A DNA stretch of 64,000 nt from an uncultured Gemmatimonadales bacterium (GCA_963825055.1 CAWGSK010000012.1:256001-320000); one strand, 5' to 3'; positions 18,446-29,850 are shown, counted from the first letter of the stretch. Made by a program: numbers and translations. Notes: generated from the letters alone by a model not told the origin.

Positions 18446-19405
18446 TCATCCTCCGTGTGGCGGGGCCGGGAGGCGCCGCCGGAAATCGATCCACGTGTCA
18501 GCCAGGCCGATACCGGCCAGGCCGAGCAGTACGAAAGGTAACAGGAACACGAGCACCGCCCCCAGCAGCACGGTACCGAATCCGGGCCGCAGGATCCGCC
18601 CGGTAACCGCCATTCCGCAGGCCGCGTAGAGCCCGCCGACCACGACCAGCAGGTTGAGGCCGAGTGTCCCGAGGGCCGACACGATGATACCGACCAACTC
18701 CAGCCCCGCTGGCGTCTCGCGGAGTGAAGCCGAGGCCGGGGCGCTTATCAGCATCATCGCCAGGGCCGCGCTGGTGAGCCAGACGACACCCATTGGCACC
18801 CGGAACTCCGTGAACGGGCCCGGCCGCCGCCCGATGGGGTGCACGGCGATCCGGTGATGCCACTCGGCTGCCAGCACCACTCCCAGGAGCCCCGACAGGG
18901 CCATCCGCGCGGGGAACAGCCGGGCAACCGGCTCGGCCAGGCTTCCCACATCACGTGAGAGATTGCCGTGCAGCATCTGCCGGGTCATGTCGCTCCACTG
19001 CCGGACCAGTGCCTGCTGGATGTCTCCCCAGCCGACCCGGAAAACCACCGCCCAGAACACCACTGCCGCGAGCGCGAGGAGCACCGCCAGGGCCGCGTTC
19101 CCAAACGCCGTTCCCCGCCGCGGGGTCACGAGGATCGCGGTGCCCGCCAGCAGCACCGCCGAGGCGCCCGTCACCTCGGCCGCCAGTCCGCCAGGGCTGA
19201 CCAGGAGCATCGCGGACAGGGCGGCCAGCGTCACCAGCCACGCCCGCTCCCGGCCGGTGTGCGTGCCGCTCACTGCCTGCATCACCACGAGGGGCAGCAG
19301 GAGGAGGAGCGGCGTCGGGGCGATCAGGAAAAACCCGATCGTGGCCAGGACGGGGACCAGCGGTCCCGGCCGGGCGCCGGGCGGGCCGTTGCCCGGGTGT
19401 GTCAG
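18446..19405 (-). CDS. DUF2232 (YybS-like) membrane protein; start probably CTG overlapping the rpsR stop
   Basis: Position between rpsR and rplI; C-terminal [12 protein letters not shown]; hydrophobic frame stays open upstream of track start 19288. Confidence 0.75.
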   Translation of the reverse strand: MTHPGNGPPGARPGPLVPVLATIGFFLIAPTPLLLLLPLVVMQAVSGTHTGRERAWLVTLAALSAMLLVSPGGLAAEVTGASAVLLAGTAILVTPRRGTAFGNAALAVLLALAAVVFWAVVFRVGWGDIQQALVRQWSDMTRQMLHGNLSRDVGSLAEPVARLFPARMALSGLLGVVLAAEWHHRIAVHPIGRRPGPFTEFRVPMGVVWLTSAALAMMLISAPASASLRETPAGLELVGIIVSALGTLGLNLLVVVGGLYAACGMAVTGRILRPGFGTVLLGAVLVFLLPFVLLGLAGIGLADTWIDFRRRLPAPPHGG

Positions 19406-19626
19406 CCCCCGTGTCCCTTGATGTAGGGCAGCAGGGCCAGTTCGCGCGCCCGCTTGATGGCCGTGCTGAGCTGCCGCTGGTGCCTGGCACAGCAGCCCGA
19501 GAGCCGGCGCGGGAGGATCTTGCCGCGTTCGGTCAGGAACCGGGAGAGCGCGCGTTCATCCTTGTAGTCCACGACGCGAACGCCGGACTCGCAGATCGGA
19601 CAGACTTTCGACATGCGGCGCATCAA
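19402..19626 (-). CDS. rpsR: 30S ribosomal protein S18 (Cys-containing form)
   Basis: [30 protein letters not shown]...AIKRAR..ALLPY. Confidence 0.97.
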   Translation of the reverse strand: MMRRMSKVCPICESGVRVVDYKDERALSRFLTERGKILPRRLSGCCARHQRQLSTAIKRARELALLPYIKGHGG

Positions 19627-19976
19627 TCGTCCTCCCCGTCACGGCTGTCGTCGTCTTCACTCGTGCGGGCCGCCACCGGCTGCTCGCCGTCGTTCAGGAC
19701 CACCAGAAACCGCAGCACACCGTCGTCCAGCTTGGCGGCACGCTCGAACTCCGGGAGGAGATCCGGGGAGGTCTCGAACTTGGCCACGACGTAGTAGCCG
19801 GTCTCGTGTTTGTTGATGGGATACGCCAGCGTCCGCTTGCCCCAGTGGTTCAGGTCCGGCTGGGATTCCTCGCCGGGGACCTTGAGCATGCCGCTGAAAC
19901 GTTCGAGTTTTTCATTGATGGCGGTCTCTTCGAGGGCGGAATCGAAGATATAGACCACCTCGTACTGACGGGTCAT
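19623..19976 (-). CDS. rpsF: 30S ribosomal protein S6
   Basis: [37 protein letters not shown] upstream of ATG 19976. Confidence 0.95.
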   Translation of the reverse strand: MTRQYEVVYIFDSALEETAINEKLERFSGMLKVPGEESQPDLNHWGKRTLAYPINKHETGYYVVAKFETSPDLLPEFERAAKLDDGVLRFLVVLNDGEQPVAARTSEDDDSRDGEDD

Positions 19977-20078
19977 GACACCTTCCTTCGGACGTTGAAG
20001 CTTGCCCCGGCGCCGGTGTGAGGCCGAGGAGGATTTTGTGAGGGGGGTAAGATAGTGGGGGAGGGGGAGTTGCGGAAG

Positions 20079-20228
20079 GCGTTGAGTGGTTGAACAGCTG
20101 TTTCGTCGGCTTGACACCGTTGCACGTCGCTAACATTCTACAACCTAACGACTTAACGACTTAACGACTTAACGACTCAACGACTCAACGACTTACGATC
20201 TAACGACTCAACGACTAACCACCCAACG
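20079..20228. repeat. Octamer arrays, family B (GTTGAGTG x2 / YYAACGAC ~10 units)
   Basis: 20079-20097 gcgttgagtggttgaacag; 20145-20228 ctaacgac ttaacgac x3 tcaacgac x2 ttacgat ctaacgac tcaacgac ..., ending a few nt before the pirin ATG. Confidence 0.92.
20111..20139 (+). promoter_or_regulatory. Putative sigma70 promoter for pirin
   Basis: TTGACA-17 nt-CATTCT. Confidence 0.4.
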
Positions 20229-20231
20229 CCC

Positions 20232-21092
20232 ATGAAATCCCCCACCACCATCCTACCCGCTCCCTCCCCCCACTGGGTCGGTGACGGCTTTCCGGTCCGG
20301 ACCGTCTTCTCCACCCATGCCCAGGGGGCGGCGATCAGCCCTTTTCTCCTCCTGGATTACGGTGGCCCGGCCCGCTTCGAGGCATCGAATCGTCCGCGCG
20401 GAGTAGAGCAGCACCCCCATAAGGGCTTCGAGACAGTGACCATCGTGTTCGAGGGGGAAGTGGACCACCGCGACTCGGCCGGGAACGCGGGCCATATCGG
20501 GCCGGGGGACGTGCAGTGGATGACCGCCGGGCGGGGCCTGGTGCATGAAGAGATGCACGGCGAGCGCTACACGCGGGACGGTGGTCCGTTCGAGATGGCC
20601 CAGCTCTGGGTCAATCTCCCGGCCCGGGACAAGGGGGCCGAGCCGGGGTACCAGACGCTGACCCGGGCGCAGATCCCCGCGGTGTCGCTCGGCGGGAAGA
20701 GCACGGCCCGCGTGATCGCCGGGACGGTGAGGGAGACCACGGGGCCGGCCCGGACCTTCACACCGGTCACACTGCTCGACCTCTCCCTGGCCGGCGGGGA
20801 GGAGGTCACGCTCGACATCCCCGACGGCCACACGACCCTGGTCCTGGTGCGTGTGGGGAACCTGGACATGGGCGACGGTCGGTCCGTCGGACCAGCCGAT
20901 ACCGTGATGTTCTCGCGCGAAGGGCAGGGCCTCACCCTCCGCCCGACCATGCCCACCGCCGCGCTGGTCATGGCGGGGGAGCCCATCAATGAACCCGTCG
21001 CGGCGTACGGGCCATTCGTGATGAATACGCGGGAGGAGATCAGTGAGGCGGTGGAGCAGTTCAGGAGGGGGGAGATGGGGAGGCTGGGCTAG
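20232..21092 (+). CDS. Pirin family protein
   Basis: SPFLLLD, HPHKGFETVT, HRDS.G, VQWMTAGRG..HEE, QLWVNLP, GPFVMNT. Confidence 0.95.
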   Translation: MKSPTTILPAPSPHWVGDGFPVRTVFSTHAQGAAISPFLLLDYGGPARFEASNRPRGVEQHPHKGFETVTIVFEGEVDHRDSAGNAGHIGPGDVQWMTAGRGLVHEEMHGERYTRDGGPFEMAQLWVNLPARDKGAEPGYQTLTRAQIPAVSLGGKSTARVIAGTVRETTGPARTFTPVTLLDLSLAGGEEVTLDIPDGHTTLVLVRVGNLDMGDGRSVGPADTVMFSREGQGLTLRPTMPTAALVMAGEPINEPVAAYGPFVMNTREEISEAVEQFRRGEMGRLG

Positions 21093-21094
21093 AC

Positions 21095-21168
21095 GTTGAG
21101 TTGTTGAGTGGTTGAGTAGTTGAGTGGTGAGTTTGATTCAGCCGGGATCGCACGACTCAACGATTTAC
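21095..21168. repeat. Inverted octamer arrays, family B (GTTGAGTN x5 / ACGACTCAACGAT)
   Basis: gttgagtt gttgagtg gttgagta gttgagtg gtgagtt directly after the pirin TAG; 21152-21168 acgactcaacgatttacc. Confidence 0.88.
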
Positions 21169-21179
21169 CGCTCGCGCGC

Positions 21180-23531
21180 CTATCGCACGTTCAATCGCTG
21201 CTCCCGCACCAGCTCCTCGCCCGTCTCCGTGTCGGTTACGGTCAGGATCAGCCGGTAGCTGCCGGGCCGTACGCGCGCCAGGCCCATGCTGCGCTTGTAC
21301 CACGCGCGCGGGCTGGTCGCCGTTTCGGTAAACCGCAGGGAAGCGTCGGGGCGATGGTCGCCCTTCCGGACTTCGATGCGCGTGCGGTATCGCCGTCCGG
21401 GCACCTGGCCGTCCACTTGATAATAGAGTTCGGCGCTGGCGCCCTGGCGGTAGGCGTTCGTGGCGTTGATGCCGATGGGTGTGCCGAGGTGGTCCCAGAC
21501 GAGTGTGCTCTCTTCCTCCCCAAGAATCAGGTCGCTCATGACGCGGCGGCCGGTGCCGAAGGCCGGGACCTGTACGGCCGGCAGCCGGAAGACCGCCCCG
21601 CGGCTGTCGGACGTATCGCTGAGGGCAAGGCTGGCCTGGTACTGGCCCGGGGGCGCACGAAGCACGACGAGCCCCTGGAGCCAGGACCCTTCCGGCAGTT
21701 CCCTTCCGGCCTCGAGCCGCCCCACGTCATCCACCTGGGCGGCGGTTCCGGAGCCGGGCGCCGCCGACAGGCGGTAGTTGAGCGGTACTGCCCGCCCGGC
21801 CGTGTCCACGAGCTGGTGCGAGGGGACGGCAAAGACGCCGAGGAGTCCTCCGGCCACGCCGTAGATCTGGACGATGCCATCCATGGGCGTCGGATAGACA
21901 AGCTCGTTGTCATCACTGCGCAGTACGTGCTCGCCCGCCTTCCGCACCTTCTGGGACTTGCGAATGTCTTTCTGGAAGTCCAGGTCGTCCTTCCAGGTCA
22001 GCTGGGCGGCGGCCCGCGCGCAATACCAGGCGTCCAGCTGGCAGGCGGCATCACCGGTCGCCGGGGCGGTGACCAGGTAGAGGCGCGGGGGCACGCTGGG
22101 CGGCCCGGCGAAATGGAGCACGCGTGGCCCGTCCGTCTCGAGGTACTTCCAGTCCTCGGCGTACCACTGGTTCACGCCGGATCCTGTCACGCGCCGGTCG
22201 GGCTCCCCATGACGCATGTACACCAGCCCCCGGTCGTCGAACGGGCCGCGGAAGGTCCGGCTGATGCGATGAATCCGGTTGGTGAGCCGGTCCGGGCCCG
22301 CCTGCGGGTCGTTAAGGCCTTCCCGGAGCCCGCCCCCCACCGCGGCGGCGCTCAGGGTCCACTCGAACGGGCGGGAGTATACCTCGGGCGGCAGGCGGTA
22401 GTGGGCCAGGGCGTAGACCTCGCGCCGGCGATGCTCGGCGAGCCGGCTTCCCAGGGGCCGGCCGTCCTCCACGTCCCGTTGCTGCCAGAAATGGCGGACC
22501 CACGCCGCCCGGTCCTGGATGGTATCGACGTCCCAGGCGGTCAGTTCCGTGGAGTCGGCCGTCAGGGCCAGATCCTCCCGGAGCGCCGCGCGGGACACGG
22601 AGTCGTCCGCGACGCGCACCGCATCGTAGTACTCGCGCGTGCCCTCCAGCGCCCGGCCCAGGGCAAAACTGAGGCGGGAGCGCTCGAAGAGCACGATGGC
22701 CGAGTCGCCGCCGGCGCAGGCGTATCGCTCCACGGCGGCCAGGGCCGAGTCATACTCGGCGATCTGGAAATACAGCCGGGCCTGAAGACGGAAGATGTCG
22801 AGGGTAGGGCGGGGGAGATCATGGCTGATGGCCAGGCGGCTCGAATCGGGCCGATCATCCGGGACAAGGCCACTCAGTGGTTCCCTGCCGCCAGCGGCCG
22901 CATACTCGTGCCAGGTCGCGCCGGCGGCGGGATAATCCTCCAGTTCGGCCTCGGTCTCCATGAGCAGCCGGTAGCTGGTGGAATCGCGGCTCCGGGCCGC
23001 GGCCAGCTGCAGGATCGGAAGCAGCGTGACCGGGTCGTTCGTGAAGCCCTTCCGACCGACCAGCGAGGCCAGGGCGACGACGGCGTCCTGCCGCGAAGGA
23101 TCCAGCTCGAGGACGCGAAACCAGGCAGCCGATGCCCCGCCGATGTACCCCGCCCCGTCTCCCATGAGCGGGGCCGCCTTGGCGAACCCGCCCTCACGCG
23201 CGAGGCGTTTCCGCACCTCGCCCAGGGCGAACCAGATGTCAGGATTGTCCCAGTCACGCTGGACGGCCCAGTTCAGTTCCTGCTCCGCCTCGTGAAGCTC
23301 CCCCCGCCCGAGGAGGACCAGACCCGTTCTGATGGCGCTGGCCGGAGTGTGGTCGACCCCATTCAGGGAATCGGCGAGCCGTGAGAGCAGCGCGTCGTCG
23401 GCATGCTGGAGTCGGGCGCGGAACGCGGCGATGTTGTCGGAGGAGTCGACTCGCGCGAGATCATGCTGCGCCGCGACACCGGCCGGAATGACCAGGCCGG
23501 CGAGGAGAAGAAGCCCGCGTCGGGGGGACAT
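21180..23531 (-). CDS. Exported TPR + GWxTD-domain-like protein
   Basis: Signal peptide (AAQ), TPR-like helices, FW..RD...RLAEH.RR...A, DDRG.VY.RHGEPD..E.W.Y, C-terminal beta-sandwich (PGSYRL.LTV.D). Confidence 0.6.
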   Translation of the reverse strand: MSPRRGLLLLAGLVIPAGVAAQHDLARVDSSDNIAAFRARLQHADDALLSRLADSLNGVDHTPASAIRTGLVLLGRGELHEAEQELNWAVQRDWDNPDIWFALGEVRKRLAREGGFAKAAPLMGDGAGYIGGASAAWFRVLELDPSRQDAVVALASLVGRKGFTNDPVTLLPILQLAAARSRDSTSYRLLMETEAELEDYPAAGATWHEYAAAGGREPLSGLVPDDRPDSSRLAISHDLPRPTLDIFRLQARLYFQIAEYDSALAAVERYACAGGDSAIVLFERSRLSFALGRALEGTREYYDAVRVADDSVSRAALREDLALTADSTELTAWDVDTIQDRAAWVRHFWQQRDVEDGRPLGSRLAEHRRREVYALAHYRLPPEVYSRPFEWTLSAAAVGGGLREGLNDPQAGPDRLTNRIHRISRTFRGPFDDRGLVYMRHGEPDRRVTGSGVNQWYAEDWKYLETDGPRVLHFAGPPSVPPRLYLVTAPATGDAACQLDAWYCARAAAQLTWKDDLDFQKDIRKSQKVRKAGEHVLRSDDNELVYPTPMDGIVQIYGVAGGLLGVFAVPSHQLVDTAGRAVPLNYRLSAAPGSGTAAQVDDVGRLEAGRELPEGSWLQGLVVLRAPPGQYQASLALSDTSDSRGAVFRLPAVQVPAFGTGRRVMSDLILGEEESTLVWDHLGTPIGINATNAYRQGASAELYYQVDGQVPGRRYRTRIEVRKGDHRPDASLRFTETATSPRAWYKRSMGLARVRPGSYRLILTVTDTETGEELVREQRLNVR

Positions 23532-23741
23532 GGGGGCAGTATGTCGTCCGCGGACGGGGAGGGCAAGGTGAGAAGCCGGGTATCGGGCATCGGGAGGGTC
23601 GGTCGGTGAGTCGTTGACACGCTCCCCCGTCGACTGCCAACATCCCCGCAGCTTCGCCGTCAGGGCTTCACCGGGCGCTCGGCGTCCATCGACGACCACC
23701 CTGCGGTGACGGAGCAGGGACGCAACGCGCCCTCCGAAGCC

Positions 23742-23806
23742 GCCGACTGCCGATTGCCGACTGCCGATTGCCGACATCCGACACTCTACTGCCTACTCCC
23801 TCCCCC
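23742..23806. repeat. Heptamer array, family D (GCCGAYT x6) plus degenerate CCTACT units
   Basis: gccgact gccgatt gccgact gccgatt gccgaca tccgaca ctctact gcctact; directly downstream of the ychF stop. Confidence 0.88.
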
Positions 23807-24901
23807 TCACACATTAAACCGGAACAGCATCACATCCCCGTCCTGCACCACGTATTCCTTCCCTTCGGCCCGGGACAGGCCCTGCTCCCGCGCGCCCTTC
23901 CAGCCGGCGGCCTTCACGAAGGCCTCATAGGCGACGGTCTCCGCGCGGATGAATCCCTTCTCGAAGTCCGAGTGGATTACCCCGGCGGCGACCGGGGCCT
24001 TGTCCCCGCGATGGATGGTCCAGGCCCGGACCTCCTTCTCGCCGGCGGTGAAGTAGCTCTGGAGGCCGAGCAGGTGATAGGCCGCGTGCGCGAGCCGGTC
24101 GAGCCCGCTCTCTGTGAGGCCGAGGGATTCGAGAAACTCCGCGCGGTCTTCTGGTGGGAGTTCAGCCAGCTCCGCCTCGACCTTGGCGGAGAAGGTCACA
24201 ATCTCCGCCGGTTCGCCATCCCGGTTGATAGCCGCCTGCAACCCCTCTGTCAGTGCGTTCCCGTCCAGTTCATCCTCGGCGACGTTGGCGGCATAGAGCA
24301 CCGGCTTCGCCGTGAGCAGGTTGAACGTCCGGTAGACGGCGGCGTCTTCGTCGGGCGGTACCACACTTCGCGCGGGCTTCCCGGCGGACAGCGCTGCCTG
24401 GAGCTGTTCCAGCAGCCGTACCTCGGCCTTCGCCTGCGTGTCGCCCGACTTGGCACCCTTCTGCGCACGGTCCAGCCGCCGTTCCACGGTCGCGAGGTCG
24501 GCCAGGCCCAGTTCGAGGTTGATGATCTCGCGGTCGCGCACGGGATCGACATCGCCCATCACGTGCTGGACGTCGTCATCCCGGAAACAGCGGACCACGT
24601 GCACCACCGCGTCCACCTCACGGATGTTGGCCAGGAACTTGTTGCCCAGCCCCTCGCCCTCGCTGGCGCCCTTCACCAGCCCGGCGATGTCCAGGAACTC
24701 CACGGTGGCCGGGAGGGTGCGCTCCGGACTGACGATGCCGGCAAGCGTCTCGAGCCGGGGATCGGGGACCTGGACTACGCCGACGTTGGGCTCGATGGTC
24801 GCGAACGGATAGTTCGCGACCAGCGCCCCGGCCTGGGTCAGGGCGTTGAAGAGCGTGGATTTGCCGACGTTGGGGAGGCCGACGATGCCGAGTCTTAGCA
24901 A
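23807..24901 (-). CDS. ychF: Redox-regulated ATPase YchF
   Basis: GIVGLPNVGKSTLFNALT, ANYPFATIEPN, DIAGLVKGASEGEGLGNKFL, FIRAE, EGKEYVVQDGD; TTG start. Confidence 0.97.
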   Translation of the reverse strand: MLRLGIVGLPNVGKSTLFNALTQAGALVANYPFATIEPNVGVVQVPDPRLETLAGIVSPERTLPATVEFLDIAGLVKGASEGEGLGNKFLANIREVDAVVHVVRCFRDDDVQHVMGDVDPVRDREIINLELGLADLATVERRLDRAQKGAKSGDTQAKAEVRLLEQLQAALSAGKPARSVVPPDEDAAVYRTFNLLTAKPVLYAANVAEDELDGNALTEGLQAAINRDGEPAEIVTFSAKVEAELAELPPEDRAEFLESLGLTESGLDRLAHAAYHLLGLQSYFTAGEKEVRAWTIHRGDKAPVAAGVIHSDFEKGFIRAETVAYEAFVKAAGWKGAREQGLSRAEGKEYVVQDGDVMLFRFNV

Positions 24902-24905
24902 GGGA

Positions 24906-24937
24906 GGTCGAGAGGTCCAGGGGTCAAGAGGTCGAGG
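24906..24937 (+). repeat. Family A octamer array, left arm of the four-helix-bundle cassette
   Basis: ggtcgaga ggtccagg ggtcaaga ggtcgagg. Confidence 0.88.
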
Positions 24938-25037
24938 GACGCAGAACAAGCGACGAATCGTTCCGGGCCGCGTCGCTTCGGTACGGATTGTTTCCCGGTC
25001 GAGTGTATCTCAGTACGCACTCTTCCGAGACTGGGGC

Positions 25038-25397
25038 ATGGCCGACTTCAAGCAACTGGCGGTCTGGCAACGCTCACACCAGTTCGCCCTTGAGATATAT
25101 CGGGTCACGTCGACCTTCCCTGCCGCGCAGCGGTTCACGCTGACCGCTCAACTTCAGCGCGCGGCTGTGTCGGTCTCCTCCAATATCGCTGAGGGATGCG
25201 GTCGTTCCGGTGACGCCGAATTCTGTCGCTTCCTTCGTATTGCCCGCGGCTCGGCCAATGAAATCGAGTGTCAGCTTCTACTTGCGCGGGATCTGGGCTT
25301 TCTTCCGCGCGACGAGTGGGAGAGGCTGGACTCCGTGTGTCAACTGCTCAGCGCCATGCTCCTGAAACTGGCAAATGCGATTCAGGAGCAACCGTGA
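25038..25397 (+). CDS. Four helix bundle protein (23S rRNA IVS protein / Avd-like family)
   Basis: [41 protein letters not shown]...EF.RFL.IARGSA.E..CQL.LA.DLGFL; lower GC, antisense to flanking genes. Confidence 0.93.
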   Translation: MADFKQLAVWQRSHQFALEIYRVTSTFPAAQRFTLTAQLQRAAVSVSSNIAEGCGRSGDAEFCRFLRIARGSANEIECQLLLARDLGFLPRDEWERLDSVCQLLSAMLLKLANAIQEQP

Positions 25398-25413
25398 GAA
25401 GCACCCGCTCCAC

Positions 25414-25433
25414 TCTCGACCTCTCGACCTCTC
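25414..25433 (-). repeat. Family A octamer array, right (inverted) arm of the four-helix-bundle cassette
   Basis: tctcgacc tctcgacc tctc = reverse complement of the left-arm unit; abuts the hppA stop. Confidence 0.85.
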
Positions 25434-25434
25434 T

Positions 25435-27498
<2,064 letters not shown>

Positions 27499-27526
27499 GG
27501 TCTCAGCGGAGTGAGGGTGAGCGGCA

Positions 27527-28093
27527 TCAGCGATTGAACTGGTTCATGGCGAACTCGATACCGTCGGTCAGCCAGGTCTCCACGGCCAGGGCCATGGGGT
27601 CGAGCAACTCCTCCAGCGCGGCGGACTCGTCCGGGGCAAACCCGGCCAGGACGAAATCTGCCAGATCGTCAGCATCCGGGGGCAGGGGACCCACCCCGAT
27701 CCTGAGCCGGGCATAGTCCTGCCGGCGGAGGGCGCCCTCGATGCTCTTGAGCCCGTTGTGGCCCCCGGCGGAGCCGGCGCCACGGAGGCGGAAGCGCCCC
27801 AGCGGGAGGGCCACGTCGTCCACCAGGACCAGCAGGTCCAGCGCGGGGTCGAACCCCGGTATGGCACGGAGCGGAGCCAAAGCGGCCCCGCTCCGGTTCA
27901 TGTACGTCAGCGGTTTGATGAGGCGAACCTCGTGCCCCTCGCGCCGGCCGGCCGTCACCCGGGCGGCGCCATCGCGGCGGAACGCCGGGAACGCCCACCG
28001 CCGGGCCACGAAGTCCGCCAGCCGGTAGCCCGCGTTGTGGCGGGTGGCGGCGTATTCCGGGCCGGGGTTGCCGAGTCCCACGATGGCCCGCAG
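27527..28093 (-). CDS. pth: Peptidyl-tRNA hydrolase (probable CTG start)
   Basis: (L)[46 protein letters not shown]. Confidence 0.95.
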   Translation of the reverse strand: MRAIVGLGNPGPEYAATRHNAGYRLADFVARRWAFPAFRRDGAARVTAGRREGHEVRLIKPLTYMNRSGAALAPLRAIPGFDPALDLLVLVDDVALPLGRFRLRGAGSAGGHNGLKSIEGALRRQDYARLRIGVGPLPPDADDLADFVLAGFAPDESAALEELLDPMALAVETWLTDGIEFAMNQFNR

Positions 28094-28096
28094 GAC

Positions 28097-28756
28097 TCAG
28101 TCCTCTTCTTCGGTTTCCTCGTCCTCGTCCTTGGCCTTCCGGATGAGTTCGGGCTCCGCCGTGGTCTCTTCCTCGACCTCGACCGGCTCCTCCTCCACCC
28201 GCGGGGGCACGACCGTGCAGACCGGAAGGTCGGGATCGTTCAGGATGGTGCCGTTCTCGAGGGGCACGTCGCGCACGAAGATCGAGTGTCCGATGGTGAG
28301 TGCGGTGACGTCCACGTCGATGCTCGACGGGATGTCGCCCGGCAGGCACTCGACCTCGAGCTCGCGGAGGGCCTGGTCGAGCACGCCGCCGCCGTTGCGG
28401 ACGCCGTCGGCAATGCCGACGAGGTGCACGGGCACGTCAACCGTGACCGTTTCATCCGCGCGAACCTCGTAGAGGTCCACGTGCAGGATATCGACCGGCT
28501 TGACCGGGTTGCGCTGGACTTCGCGGATCAGCGCCTTGACCGGCTCGCCGCCGTCCACCAGCACGTCGATGACGGTGCTGCCGCCCGCGACGTTCAGGAC
28601 TTTCTGCAGGCCCGGACTGTCGATCGCCAGGGCGCGCGCCTCGCGCCCGTGCCCGTAGATCACCGCGGGAACCTTGCCTTCGCGCCGCAGCGTCCGCGCT
28701 GCGCCCTTGCCCGTATCCCGGCGGCTCTCGACCGCCAGGCTCACCTGGTCTGCCAT
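28097..28756 (-). CDS. rplY: 50S ribosomal protein L25 (long Ctc form)
   Basis: GKGAAR.LRR.GKVPAVIYG, EVQRNPV..ILHVD, GV..GG, acidic tail. Confidence 0.96.
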   Translation of the reverse strand: MADQVSLAVESRRDTGKGAARTLRREGKVPAVIYGHGREARALAIDSPGLQKVLNVAGGSTVIDVLVDGGEPVKALIREVQRNPVKPVDILHVDLYEVRADETVTVDVPVHLVGIADGVRNGGGVLDQALRELEVECLPGDIPSSIDVDVTALTIGHSIFVRDVPLENGTILNDPDLPVCTVVPPRVEEEPVEVEEETTAEPELIRKAKDEDEETEEED

Positions 28757-28772
28757 GGATTTCCGTCCCTCG

Positions 28773-29726
28773 TCAGTCGAACAGCGAGCTTACCGACTGG
28801 TCGCTGTGTGTGTAGCCGATCGCCTTGGCCAGGAGGCCGGCGATCGAGAGAACCTTCAACTGCCTGAACTGCCGCTCCGGCGGGAGCTGGATCGTGTTCG
28901 TCACGACCACCTCGGCCACCGGACTGGCCTGCAGCCGCTCCACCGCCGGGCCCGACAACAGGGCATGCGTGGCGCAGCAGTACACGTTGTTGGCCCCCAG
29001 GCGCTTCAGCGCGTGGATCGCCTCCGTCATCGTGCCCCCGGTATCGATCATGTCGTCCGGGATGAGGCAGTCACGCCCGTCCACCTGGCCGACCACGTTG
29101 GCCACCTCGGCCACGTTGGCGGAGGGGCGCCGCTTGTCGATGATCGCCAACGAGGCGTTGAGCCGCTTGGCGAACCCGCGGGCCATCTTTGCGCTCCCGA
29201 CATCCGGCGCGACCACCACCGGGTCCTTCAGGCCGAGCTGCCGGAAGTAGTTCGTGAACACCGGCGCGGCGTACAGGTGGTCCACGGGGAGGTCGAAGAA
29301 CCCCTGCATCTGGTGCTGGTGAAAATCCATCGCCAGCACCCGGTCCGCCCCGGCCACCGAGATCATGTTCGCAATCAGCTTCGCGCTGATTGCCACCCGG
29401 GGCTGGTCCTTCCGGTCCTGCCGGGCATACCCGAAGTAGGGCATGACCGGGGTCACCCGGGCCGCGCTTGCCCGCCGGGCGGCGTCCATGAGGAGCAGCA
29501 GCTCCATGAGGTTCTCGGCCGGCGGGTTGGTGGGCTGGATAATGTACACATCCCGCCCCCGCACGTTCTCGTCGATCTTCACGAACAGCTCGCCATCGGC
29601 GAACCGTCGCGTCGTCACACGACAAAGCGGCTGCCCGAGATGGGACGCCACTTCCTCCGCCAGGGGCCGGTTGGCCGACCCGCTGAGCAGGAGTATCTGG
29701 CTGCGCGACATCGCTAGATCGGCCAT
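28773..29726 (-). CDS. prs: Ribose-phosphate pyrophosphokinase
   Basis: FADGE, NVRGRDV, PYFGYARQDRK, VVAPDVG, DKRR, DDMIDTGGT, ATH. Confidence 0.97.
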   Translation of the reverse strand: MADLAMSRSQILLLSGSANRPLAEEVASHLGQPLCRVTTRRFADGELFVKIDENVRGRDVYIIQPTNPPAENLMELLLLMDAARRASAARVTPVMPYFGYARQDRKDQPRVAISAKLIANMISVAGADRVLAMDFHQHQMQGFFDLPVDHLYAAPVFTNYFRQLGLKDPVVVAPDVGSAKMARGFAKRLNASLAIIDKRRPSANVAEVANVVGQVDGRDCLIPDDMIDTGGTMTEAIHALKRLGANNVYCCATHALLSGPAVERLQASPVAEVVVTNTIQLPPERQFRQLKVLSIAGLLAKAIGYTHSDQSVSSLFD

Positions 29727-29779
29727 AATACAGCCTTCCAAAATAACCGGGTCATTCCGGGGGAGTCAATGAAGGGGGA

Positions 29780-29850
29780 TTGGCCCTGGTGGATTCGAAC
29801 CACCATTCTCAGATCCAAAGTCTGATGTCCTGCCATTGGACGAAGGGCCA
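29780..29850 (-). tRNA. tRNA-Gln (TTG); CCA not encoded
   Basis: Minus strand TGGCCCT..AGGGCCA acceptor stem, TCAGA-CTTTGGA-TCTGA anticodon arm, GGTTCGAATCC T-loop; canonical ispE-tRNA-Gln-prs position. Confidence 0.95.

Noticed and set aside
19402..19976. Absence of ssb/priB between rpsF and rpsR; smc without adjacent scpAB
   Set aside because: Both arrangements are common in bacteria.
25038..25397. Diversity-generating retroelement or rRNA intervening sequence
   Set aside because: No reverse transcriptase, no TR/VR pair and no rRNA gene nearby; only the protein family is shared.
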